Made by a program: the position numbers and the translations under genes
Shown: positions 20,117 through 28,460 of the stretch, piece after piece
Numbering within the stretch: the first letter of the stretch is position 1
Layout: the number at the start of each line of letters is the position of its first letter
Notes under the pieces: model-generated
The model's database searches: none
Told to the model about the DNA's origin: nothing
The model's input: the letters and a program-made list of their open reading frames with translations, nothing else
Assembly (NCBI GenBank): GCA_022821385.1
Contig: JAJEDR010000056.1
Span: 28,038-92,037, forward strand
DNA length: 64,000 nt
Source of the DNA: Rhodothermales bacterium
GTDB taxonomy: Bacteria > Bacteroidota > Rhodothermia > Rhodothermales > Bin80
Direction: 5' to 3'

Positions 20117-20611
20117 CTACATGCCCAGACTCCCTCTCACTGCGTCCATCACATCCTCATCAATCTCTAAATAGCCCTGTTCACGGGCATAACTCTCGAC
20201 ATTCCGCTTGACCATAGGCCGGATATAGTGGGGAATTGCTTCAATGCGAGCCAGTGCCTCTGCCGTCCAGACAGGCTTTTTCGGTTCAGACTCCGCAGCC
20301 CCAATTGCGTCGTTGACCATCCCCGTGAAAGGACATTTACCACCTGTACCTGAGGGAGGTCCCTCTGGCGACTCCTCCTGGACCGATGCAAGATTTGATC
20401 GAAGGGTTTCCATGGGCTCCTCCGGTGTGGTTCGCCCGCCGATCCTTACACCCAGTGAGCGAACCATCTGGGTCTCGGCCCTGTTGGTCAACATCGCTGT
20501 CTGCACTGAACAGGTCGGACACTCATACACGATGGACATTGAGCCGTCAAATGGACCATGCGTAGACTTTAATGCCATTGGCTGGTCACAGGGAACACAC
20601 AAAAATTTCAC
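20117..20611 (-). CDS. Zn-ribbon plus PCP_red-domain protein (last gene of the bd-like operon)
   Basis: The N-terminal CVPC...CPTC ribbon is followed by a linker with a KCPFTG motif. The C-terminal VWTAEALARIEAIPHYIRPMVKRNVESYAREQGYLEIDEDVMDAV (nt 20138-20272) matches the BchB C-terminal PCP_red pattern W..eA...L..iP.f.R...r...E.yAr..G...It. The GTG start overlaps the upstream stop (GTGA at 20608-20611). Confidence 0.7.
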   Translation of the reverse strand: MKFLCVPCDQPMALKSTHGPFDGSMSIVYECPTCSVQTAMLTNRAETQMVRSLGVRIGGRTTPEEPMETLRSNLASVQEESPEGPPSGTGGKCPFTGMVNDAIGAAESEPKKPVWTAEALARIEAIPHYIRPMVKRNVESYAREQGYLEIDEDVMDAVRGSLGM

Positions 20612-21462
20612 TTTGATTGATTTTTAAGCCAGAAATGTACTCGTTGGGCTACATCCAGGATCGCATTGGCGGCCGGATGCCCCGCATGCACCTCAATGTA
20701 AGATCTGCCCGTCTCCAAAAAATCGGCAAGCGTAACATTGAACGGAATAGCGCCCAAATAGGGGACACCATGCCGCTCAGCCAGTTCCTCCACCGCCTCG
20801 GTCCCGATAAACATCTGCTCTTTACATCTACACTCCGAACAAATCATCGTACTCATGTTCTCAACCACACCGGCAATCCGCACATTCGCAACATTCAATG
20901 CCATCAAAATAGAACGGGAAACAACCGTCATCGCCGTCTGTGATGCCGTAGAAACAACAATTGCACCCGTCAGATCCGGTAACAGGTCCGCCAAATTCTG
21001 AAGCCGTTCGGCACCAGGGGGCAAATCTATCAGCAACACATCCAGATCACCCCAATCGGTGTCTGAAAGCAATTCCCGAAGTGCACTCATCTCAACCATT
21101 GAACGCCAAGTATAGGCGCCCTGCTGGGATGATGCTTCCCACACGAGCGGGGTTTCGTCCTCCGGCAAAAACATATCCATGGACATGACCGGCACACCGT
21201 ACGCGTTACGGGCAGCGATCATTGCACCATTTTTCGGTGACGGCTTATGGTCTCTTACTCCCATCATACGCGCCATGCAGGGCCCATTCAAATCTGCATC
21301 CAATACGCCCGTACGCACCCCCAACCTAGTCAGCCCATCCGCCAGACAGGCAGTCACAGTACTTTTTCCAACCCCTCCTTTTCCACTCATCACCGCGAAA
21401 ATACTCCCGATCCGCGCCAGACGCTCCTTTAGCCGATCGTGCTGCTGGGCAACTTGTCCCAA
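20608..21462 (-). CDS. Mrp/NBP35/ApbC-like P-loop ATPase (SIMIBI class; putative Fe-S cluster carrier)
   Basis: The deviant Walker A is SGKGGVGKST and DLPPG is present. A CSEC pair sits where Mrp proteins carry CxxC. Confidence 0.75.
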   Translation of the reverse strand: MGQVAQQHDRLKERLARIGSIFAVMSGKGGVGKSTVTACLADGLTRLGVRTGVLDADLNGPCMARMMGVRDHKPSPKNGAMIAARNAYGVPVMSMDMFLPEDETPLVWEASSQQGAYTWRSMVEMSALRELLSDTDWGDLDVLLIDLPPGAERLQNLADLLPDLTGAIVVSTASQTAMTVVSRSILMALNVANVRIAGVVENMSTMICSECRCKEQMFIGTEAVEELAERHGVPYLGAIPFNVTLADFLETGRSYIEVHAGHPAANAILDVAQRVHFWLKNQSK

Positions 21463-21503
21463 GACATCAGATCCTCCATCGGACGCTATATCGTGGTAGG
21501 TTT

Positions 21504-23438
21504 TCAGTTATCCGAGCCAGCTTGCGCTTGTTCCTGGATCATTTCCTCCATCAGCTTTATCCCTTCCTTTATCCCTTCCTCGGTGATTGCAAGCGTGATC
21601 AGGTTCGTCTTCGAGGCACGTGCAACCGCTTCTACACGTTCCTTGGTGCGTGTACGCATGAAGCCCTCCGGAACCCGGCTCAGCCGCGCACGGGCATTTC
21701 TTGCCCACAAAAACTCTCCATCTTGTAACAAGTCCTCTGCGGCCTTCCTGGTTGGGGCTTCACGTGAGCCATCAGCATACTCACCAACCGTCTTCAAATG
21801 TCCTCCAGGTGTGAGGTTCTGCAGTTCTTCGGCATTACCGGTCAACACCGCACGCACCATACCCAGCGTGATCGTGGGTACGCGCTGTACGCGTGCCCGT
21901 TTTTCAATCTGTGCCTTGGCCCGGCGCATCTGGTAGCCGTCAGGAACAGAACGAAGTTCTTTTAGTGCTTCCTTGGTCCATTGCAGGCGGACATCATCAA
22001 AGGTTTGTTGCTCCTGTGAACCACCCTCCAGTTTGGCCAACTGCGTGATCGCATCCTTGTCCAGCTTCTGGAATGCCTCCGCAGGGCTGCCACAAACGGC
22101 GCATCGCACGGGGTCAAAGTCACGCGCTGAATATCCACACTGACTGCAAATCCATGTTACAGAATCTCTGTTTGCGATTTCCTTGGCCGCGGTATCCTCT
22201 GCAATTATGCCCATCTTGATCATGGACGAGCGCGGCAGGATATTACCCATAGCCTGTTCAACTATCTTTCGGGTGATCACGGAATGTCCACGCTCCATGG
22301 CCCACCGATGAATTGTTGTGCGTGCGATGCCACGAGCGAAGTCGGGAGCAGTATTCAGGAGGCGTGTGGCAGGCTCCGTCCATAACATGGATTCCTCTGC
22401 GCTCACGTCTACAGGTGGCACATACCGCTTACTGGATAGCAAGATATTACATGGCGCTTGGCGGAGAAGATTCTCCGTGTTGCTCCCGATGTCCATATCC
22501 TCATCACTGTGCACCCCGATACGTCCCAGAACCAGCAGCCACGGCTCTTCACGCCTGACGTACTGCAGCATCTTCTCGAATGCCTTGCCGTCAAGCAAAG
22601 TGATCTTTAGATCTACCTCAGCTTCATCCGCAATTCGTCTGGCAATATCCAGATGTGACTGATATATCTTGGCAAGTCCGGTGTCAATAACCTCTTCGTG
22701 CAACTGCTCCTGCTCCTTGAACCTGAAGACCTTTGATGCTTTTTCCGTCAGCACGTTAACAATGCTGTTGAACATTGCATAATGCAGGTAGGGATCATAT
22801 ACCGACACCGCTTCAACCTGGCGCCCCGTTTTCTGACCAAGCTCAAGCGCAGTGCGCAGGCCCGCAAAAGACTCTGGACTGCCGTCAATTCCCACGACAA
22901 TATTGCCCTCGGGCTTTCCGTCAACGCTGATCGTTCCCGGATCAAGATTCTTGATCACCAAAGTGTCTGTGCGTACCCGACGGGTGACACGCTCACATAC
23001 ACTCCCTATGGTACTGTCCTTAACAGCCCCCAAACCCAGCGCACCCATGATAACGAGGTCATAGTCACTCTCGTCAATGTCCTGAGCAATCACCTTCCAG
23101 TTCTTGCCGTCATACATTTTCGGTTCAAACGGCACACCAGCGGCTTTACAACGCTCTTCTGCCACAACCAGGTAAGAATCACTGATGAGCTCGAGTCCCA
23201 TTGTGATCAACGTGTCGTGAATCTTGCGCTGCTTCTCCATCGCTTCCTCAATCAGGTATTCTTCTGGAAGCGTGTATTCCATTTGTTTGAAACGATAATC
23301 ATGCATACGTGCCGCGTACGCATGACTCGCTACAACCGTCGAATCAAATTGTCCAGCAAGGGATACCGCCATATCAATGGCACTGAGCGAATGCTCAGAA
23401 TTGTCAACCGGTACGAAAATCTTCTTGTACATGAGCAT
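21504..23438 (-). CDS. Multidomain protein: tandem universal stress protein (USP) domains, three PCP_red domains and a rubredoxin-like Zn ribbon
   Basis: USP-like units cover aa 3-165 and 178-336 (KKIFVPVDNSEHS and NIVVGIDGSPES). The PCP_red-like units are LWTEPATRLLNTAPDFARGIARTTIHRWAMERGHSVIT, LQWTKEALKELRSVPDGYQMRRAKAQIEKRARVQRVPTIT and FLWARNARARLSRVPEGFMRTRTKERVEAVARASKTNLIT (nt 21564-22385). The ribbon is WICSQCG..RCAVCG. Confidence 0.7.
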   Translation of the reverse strand: MLMYKKIFVPVDNSEHSLSAIDMAVSLAGQFDSTVVASHAYAARMHDYRFKQMEYTLPEEYLIEEAMEKQRKIHDTLITMGLELISDSYLVVAEERCKAAGVPFEPKMYDGKNWKVIAQDIDESDYDLVIMGALGLGAVKDSTIGSVCERVTRRVRTDTLVIKNLDPGTISVDGKPEGNIVVGIDGSPESFAGLRTALELGQKTGRQVEAVSVYDPYLHYAMFNSIVNVLTEKASKVFRFKEQEQLHEEVIDTGLAKIYQSHLDIARRIADEAEVDLKITLLDGKAFEKMLQYVRREEPWLLVLGRIGVHSDEDMDIGSNTENLLRQAPCNILLSSKRYVPPVDVSAEESMLWTEPATRLLNTAPDFARGIARTTIHRWAMERGHSVITRKIVEQAMGNILPRSSMIKMGIIAEDTAAKEIANRDSVTWICSQCGYSARDFDPVRCAVCGSPAEAFQKLDKDAITQLAKLEGGSQEQQTFDDVRLQWTKEALKELRSVPDGYQMRRAKAQIEKRARVQRVPTITLGMVRAVLTGNAEELQNLTPGGHLKTVGEYADGSREAPTRKAAEDLLQDGEFLWARNARARLSRVPEGFMRTRTKERVEAVARASKTNLITLAITEEGIKEGIKLMEEMIQEQAQAGSDN

Positions 23439-23456
23439 TAACGCGTAAACCGCGCA

Positions 23457-23786
23457 TCAATAGACATAAGGAATTCGATCACGCACATAACGAAGTCTAT
23501 CAATCACATAATCCATTTCCGGGCGGTCACTGATAGCGGCCACGTTCAATAACGCGGCGTCAAGAAAAGCTCCACACGAACCTCTCTCTTCTTCATCTGC
23601 CTTCTCTACACAGGCAATGAACCGCCTGAGTTCAAACCGTGTTTTGACCAATTGGTTACGTGTATCCGAGGAAGGATCCGCAACTGCAATGTGTCGGGAA
23701 AGTCGCCTGACCTCCAATCCGAGGATTGGAGGAACCATCTGACGAAACTGCTGCCAGGGTAAATATTGAATCTCGTTTTCAACCAT
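23457..23786 (-). CDS. Hypothetical 109-aa protein inside the operon
   Basis: The ATG at 23786 lies 2 nt after the ferredoxin stop (23779-23781). The listed ORF start at 23801 is a TTG. I saw no recognisable motif. Confidence 0.5.
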   Translation of the reverse strand: MVENEIQYLPWQQFRQMVPPILGLEVRRLSRHIAVADPSSDTRNQLVKTRFELRRFIACVEKADEEERGSCGAFLDAALLNVAAISDRPEMDYVIDRLRYVRDRIPYVY

Positions 23787-23997
23787 TGGCCGTCCGCGCA
23801 ACGGTTGAGACAGGCTCTTCTCTCATTTCGGGAATCGGCTGAATAGCATCAACCTCACAAAAGGCCAAGCACTCCATAAAATCTGTACACTCGGGCTCAA
23901 TCACGTAGATCGGATCGTCAACCCTTATAGCCTCAATTGGGCACATGTCTACACAATCACCACATGCCGTACACTCCTGCGTAATGTAGAATGGCAT
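23779..23997 (-). CDS. Small 4Fe-4S ferredoxin
   Basis: A CTACGDCVDMCP cluster motif is present, plus a second, degenerate CTDFMECLAFCEVDAI motif. Confidence 0.75.
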   Translation of the reverse strand: MPFYITQECTACGDCVDMCPIEAIRVDDPIYVIEPECTDFMECLAFCEVDAIQPIPEMREEPVSTVARTANG

Positions 23998-24000
23998 ATT

Positions 24001-25245
24001 CTAAACGAGGTGTATTGGTTTTCTGGAAAAGGCGGGCGCTGTACCAAATGCCTTGGACCGCTGCATACCACTGAGTGCGCCATTCATAACCTCAGTGGTG
24101 ATACTTGAAACGCCTTTGTTGCGAGCGTACGCTTCGACGCCTTTCCGCGTCTTGTTACGAATGAACGAAATAGGAATCCGCCCAAGACGCTCCTGGGCGG
24201 CCTGATCCCAATGCAGTACCGCCTCCGGCAAAGCTGCGCCCGTGGGCTGATAGGCGCAGCCGGGGTCTTCTGCCAAATAATCCCCCGTGGCAGCGAAGGC
24301 CCGACACCGACAACCGCCGCATAGATCTTTGAACTCACATGCACCACAGCGCCCCTTCAGGTTTGCCGTTTCCCTAAGTTCTGCAAAAACGGCGGAACTG
24401 TCCCAGATTGTCGTGAAAGACTCCTCCAGCACACTTCCAGCCACAACATCCATATAGGGACAGGGCGTAACATTTCCCTCCGGTGTAATTCTGCAGTATT
24501 CTGTTGCTGCCATGCATCCACCGCTTTCGAGCCCCCCGCGCCCCATAGCGTAGGCAATCTGCTTGAATTGGGGTGCACACTTGCTGCGTACCAACATGGG
24601 GCGATAGTCCTCCTGCAGATCGACCAGTCGCGTCAGCATGGCTTCCGTCGCCGCAGCCGAGAGATCAGTCATCCCTTGTCCCCGTCCGGTCTGCACCAGA
24701 AAATACAGATTGAACGACCATGCCCCATGATCCCGCGCAAAATCCAGAAGTGCGGAAATCTCGTCGTAGTTCTCTTCCATGACCGTTGTTTGCACGAGCA
24801 CTTCCAGCCCCTCTTCCCGACAGATTTCCAATGCGCGTACTGAGTGCTGCCAGGCATTACGTCCACCCCTGAATGCGTTGTGACGATCAGGATCAGCGGA
24901 ATCTATACTGATCCCGACTCCTTTGACGCCACACTCAACCATCTTGCGGGCAACAGCACGCGTCACAAGCACGCCGTTGGTACCCATCACGACCCACATG
25001 CCCATTCCGCTCGCGGTCTCCGCAAGATGGTAGATATCTTTCCGCAGGAGTGGTTCTCCCCCCGTCAATATCAGCATTTCAGTGCCGAGAGTCCGCATTT
25101 CACCAAGCAATGCTAGGCACTCATCGGTGGTCAGCTCCCGATCAGCGGCGCGTCCGGCAGACAAGTAGCAATGTGGGCACTGTAAATTGCATTTCTTGGT
25201 CAGATTCCACGATACGAGCGACGGTATGTACGTCCTCCTGTCCAC
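24001..25245 (-). CDS. Radical SAM/SPASM enzyme (NirJ/AhbC/AhbD/PqqE-like) with a C-terminal PCP_red domain
   Basis: The CNLQCPHC motif (nt 25168-25191) is CX3CX2C, and TGGEPLL is present. The SPASM-type Cys cluster is GRCGACEFKDLCGGCRCRAF. The C-terminal LHWDQAAQERLGRIPISFIRNKTRKGVEAYARNKGVSSITTEVMNGAL lies at nt 24073-24216. Confidence 0.8.
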   Translation of the reverse strand: MDRRTYIPSLVSWNLTKKCNLQCPHCYLSAGRAADRELTTDECLALLGEMRTLGTEMLILTGGEPLLRKDIYHLAETASGMGMWVVMGTNGVLVTRAVARKMVECGVKGVGISIDSADPDRHNAFRGGRNAWQHSVRALEICREEGLEVLVQTTVMEENYDEISALLDFARDHGAWSFNLYFLVQTGRGQGMTDLSAAATEAMLTRLVDLQEDYRPMLVRSKCAPQFKQIAYAMGRGGLESGGCMAATEYCRITPEGNVTPCPYMDVVAGSVLEESFTTIWDSSAVFAELRETANLKGRCGACEFKDLCGGCRCRAFAATGDYLAEDPGCAYQPTGAALPEAVLHWDQAAQERLGRIPISFIRNKTRKGVEAYARNKGVSSITTEVMNGALSGMQRSKAFGTAPAFSRKPIHLV

Positions 25246-25248
25246 TGC

Positions 25249-26784
25249 TTAAGCGGTTTTCCTGCGACGCGCCCGTAAATTCACCAGGGCCACAATCAAC
25301 AGCTCTGCCCCCAACACAATCAGGAACCACTTTGCCATGGGGAGCACCGCAGATTGCGTCTCCATTGGTTGCAGATACAGATGGTACCACGCCGAAATCC
25401 CACGCTTGTTGCCTCGCTCCCCGTTAAACCCGTCCCATACAGTAAAAGAAATCGGGACAAACGTCGCTTCCGACATCGTCAACTCTCCCCGGCTACGAGG
25501 ACCCTTGAACTGGACGGTCCAAACCCCATCTTCGTAGCTAGCAGATCTTTCCAGGGCGATCCCGTTATCAGCGATCCGCCCCGACCCCTGCCCCGTTAAC
25601 ACCGCAGCTGAATCCGTAGCAAGATCCGTGTACCAGATACTCATCGGAAACCTGCTGTCTCCAAACATGAAGTACGGGCGTTCCAGTCCCTCTGGCGTAC
25701 GGGACGGCAGGAGTGCTGCCACTGCATCCGACCACCCATCCATTAGCGTATCCGGCTGTGCCGGATCAAACATTGGCACCTCAATCCCCGGGTTATTCAT
25801 GCCTTCGGTTTCTGCGGTCATATCGTGCCACTGCAGCTGGATTGCGATCTCTGATTCGTTGTAAACCGCCTTAACACTTATGCCATTGACGCCGGGATAG
25901 AAAGCACGCCCAGGCTCAATTATCTGGCCTACGATCGGAAAATACGTTTCAGGTGCTGCTTCAAAAAGACTATCGCCCAACACGAGTTCACCCGACCGCC
26001 CCTGCACCGTAACCGTCGTACCATAGTCCGGGGTATCTCTCGACAGCGACCATACATAATCCACTAAAGCCCACCGATCCTCCTCGTCAATCGTTTGCTC
26101 ATACGAAGGCATCGGCGTCCCATTCAGACCAGTCATGAAGGTCCGATATATATCCTCACGTGTAGCACTGGCTCTGAATGTCCAGCGCTTGGTCATGTCT
26201 GCCGCTCGAATAGGGTATCCCCAGTCATCCACGAGTTCTGGGGCGCTCTCGCCATTTCCGCGGCCGTTCTCGCCATGACAGTCGGCACATTGATTGGCTT
26301 CAAATACCTCTCGCCCACGTGCCAAGTGGTCCGGGTCTGCTGAATATGAGGGCGCACGCGGGATCTCTACCACCGTAGGATTGCCGTACGGCCCATCAAA
26401 AGCAGACTCAAATGTCTTGAGGTAATAGGCTAGGTTGGTGATTTCCGTCTCTGACAGGATCCCTTCCCAGGCAGGCATACTCGTATACGGCATCCCGAGG
26501 CGAATACTCCGCTTGATATCTTCTGTGGTGGGAAGTTCGCCGCTCGCTGTGGAACGGAACTTATAGTTGCCCGAAGTAAAATCTCTCGGCGTGGGGCGCA
26601 GGTAGGGCGTCGCCACGGCACTAGCATCTCCCTCATAGCCATGGCAGTGCGCACACTTGATATCGTAGACTTCCTTGCCCTCAGCGCGTTGCGCCTCAGT
26701 GCCAAGATCGTTCTCCTGTTGTGCAACCGCAGGGTTAGCGATGTACACCAGCAATAAAGTCAGCAAAATTCGCATCCTCGTCAT
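25249..26784 (-). CDS. Dihaem c-type cytochrome fused to an EB_dh-like (ethylbenzene dehydrogenase gamma / type II DMSO-reductase haem-b subunit-like) domain, C-terminally membrane anchored
   Basis: A signal peptide is present. The haem motifs are CAHCH (nt 26641-26655) and CADCH. A ~230-aa beta-rich domain contains WHDMTAE...FTVWDGFNGERGNKRGISAWY. The C-terminal TM helix is WFLIVLGAELLIVALVNL. Confidence 0.7.
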   Translation of the reverse strand: MTRMRILLTLLLVYIANPAVAQQENDLGTEAQRAEGKEVYDIKCAHCHGYEGDASAVATPYLRPTPRDFTSGNYKFRSTASGELPTTEDIKRSIRLGMPYTSMPAWEGILSETEITNLAYYLKTFESAFDGPYGNPTVVEIPRAPSYSADPDHLARGREVFEANQCADCHGENGRGNGESAPELVDDWGYPIRAADMTKRWTFRASATREDIYRTFMTGLNGTPMPSYEQTIDEEDRWALVDYVWSLSRDTPDYGTTVTVQGRSGELVLGDSLFEAAPETYFPIVGQIIEPGRAFYPGVNGISVKAVYNESEIAIQLQWHDMTAETEGMNNPGIEVPMFDPAQPDTLMDGWSDAVAALLPSRTPEGLERPYFMFGDSRFPMSIWYTDLATDSAAVLTGQGSGRIADNGIALERSASYEDGVWTVQFKGPRSRGELTMSEATFVPISFTVWDGFNGERGNKRGISAWYHLYLQPMETQSAVLPMAKWFLIVLGAELLIVALVNLRARRRKTA

Positions 26785-26787
26785 CGG

Positions 26788-27621
26788 TTAATGCGGCATG
26801 CCCTGCGCCCGTGGTTCGAATCCGGTGAACTCATATAGAAATATGATCACATCCCAAATCTCTTCTTCCGTAAGAAAATCTTCCCATGCCGGCATTGCGC
26901 TTGACCATGGCGTTGATTCCGACGGTAGTCCCGGAGCTCCTTTTGCAATTCGCCAGAACAGATAGGACTCCTGGAGCATTGCGATAGTCGTTGCATCATT
27001 GAAGTTTGCCGGAAGCGGGTCATACCCATGCGCAAACATCCCGGCCCCCTCCATATTATCCCCGTGACAGTAGAAACAGTTCTCAAAGTAAATCCGCCGT
27101 CCATTAGCAACATGCTCTGCAAAGGCTGCTTCATCCGTATGCTGGAGCTCACGGATGGGGTTATTGGCGGTTGTCAGATTAATCGAGGTGCCCTGAAAGG
27201 TTATTGAGGACGGGGGTGGCGGGTGTATCGTGCGACCACTGGAAGGTGGCTGCGGCGCCTCGTTCATACTGGCAAAGATCCAGGCAGCCACTGCTCCTGG
27301 AATCACTAACATAACAATCAGCAATGCAACCCTATACTGACGGGTCACCATGAAGCGTACGATAGATTCCTTGGCCTGCTTCAGCTCTTCATTATCCGCC
27401 GACAGATACGCAACCAGCGCAATCGTGATGATCGCCATGAACAGCACGATAATTGAATTCGGCAGCGGCGGATTAATGCCGTACGAGAAAGCGGCCCACA
27501 GCGCAGCCCACCATATCCCCATCCAGGCTAGACGATTAAGCTTGACCCAGCGTGTCACCACGAACTGGATCAGAACCATCGCTGCTGCTATCGCAAGAAG
27601 CATAAAAAGATTCATGGACAA
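26788..27621 (-). CDS. Membrane-bound monohaem cytochrome c (4 N-terminal TM helices)
   Basis: The hydrophobic N-terminal half is followed by a CFYCH haem motif and a class I cytochrome c-like tail (MPAWEDFLTEEEIWDVIIFL). Confidence 0.75.
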   Translation of the reverse strand: MSMNLFMLLAIAAAMVLIQFVVTRWVKLNRLAWMGIWWAALWAAFSYGINPPLPNSIIVLFMAIITIALVAYLSADNEELKQAKESIVRFMVTRQYRVALLIVMLVIPGAVAAWIFASMNEAPQPPSSGRTIHPPPPSSITFQGTSINLTTANNPIRELQHTDEAAFAEHVANGRRIYFENCFYCHGDNMEGAGMFAHGYDPLPANFNDATTIAMLQESYLFWRIAKGAPGLPSESTPWSSAMPAWEDFLTEEEIWDVIIFLYEFTGFEPRAQGMPH

Positions 27622-27641
27622 ACAATATCAATTCAGTAAGC

Positions 27642-28433
27642 CTAAAGCGAAGCTAGATAATCTACCAGGGCCTGCAGTTCCGAAGCAGATACCTGTTCAT
27701 GAAAACCGGTGGCATCAAGCATGGCGGTCATTACCCCGGCAACAAAGCCCTCAGTTACTGTTGCATCTGGGTCCACAATAGCTTCGTAGATTTCCGCCTT
27801 GGACATGCGTCCACCCAAGCCTTGAAGCGTTGGTCCAGCAGCCGCTGTACCATCAAGGGTATGACAGGTATTACACAGGTACGCCGCGAACAGTGTTTCT
27901 GCATCCCGATTCCCCCCTACCGCCGCCGGAGCAACGTCCTGTGATGCAGGCGCTTGGCCCTGCCATTCAAGTTGCGTATCCATCGTAACCGTCGGTGTTC
28001 CGCCAAGAGATTGCAGGTAGGCAATCACGGTGAGTATCTCCTGATCTGTAAGTGCAATCGGCGGACGGGCAACGTTGGGCATTCCGGCCACATAACCTTC
28101 CAGAACGTACGCGTTCGGATCATACATGGACTCTGCCAGATAGTAAACATCACTTTGCCCCGCAACACGTTCTCCAGCTATAGCACCAATACCGGCCAGA
28201 TCCGGGAAACGCAACCCGGTTCCATGGTCGCCCATTGTGTGGCACGTCAGGCAGGTCCCTTTGCCGGCCACAATTTCCTCACCAATGGGAATCATCTCCT
28301 CTGTAGTAAGATTGGCGCCAATCTCTATATCCTCAGGCGGCTCTGTTCGCTTCTGTGGTACCCACAAACTGACGTACCAATAGAAAACGCTGACCACAAT
28401 GGTGAATCCAAATATTTTCAGGGCCTGTTTCAC
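27642..28433 (-). CDS. Membrane-anchored dihaem cytochrome c
   Basis: An N-terminal TM anchor is followed by the CLTCH and CNTCH motifs, each with a distal Met region. Confidence 0.8.
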   Translation of the reverse strand: MKQALKIFGFTIVVSVFYWYVSLWVPQKRTEPPEDIEIGANLTTEEMIPIGEEIVAGKGTCLTCHTMGDHGTGLRFPDLAGIGAIAGERVAGQSDVYYLAESMYDPNAYVLEGYVAGMPNVARPPIALTDQEILTVIAYLQSLGGTPTVTMDTQLEWQGQAPASQDVAPAAVGGNRDAETLFAAYLCNTCHTLDGTAAAGPTLQGLGGRMSKAEIYEAIVDPDATVTEGFVAGVMTAMLDATGFHEQVSASELQALVDYLASL

Positions 28434-28460
28434 TGGACTGCCTACCGGTCTGTTGGTTTA

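Noticed and set aside
22782-23441. A 219-aa plus-strand ORF.
   Set aside because: It is antisense to the USP/PCP_red gene and has no motif.
26811-26825. GGTTCGAATCC, identical to the tRNA T-loop consensus.
   Set aside because: The flanking bases do not form a T-stem or the rest of a cloverleaf. The site lies inside the coding sequence for ..EFTGFEPRAQGMPH of the membrane cytochrome c.
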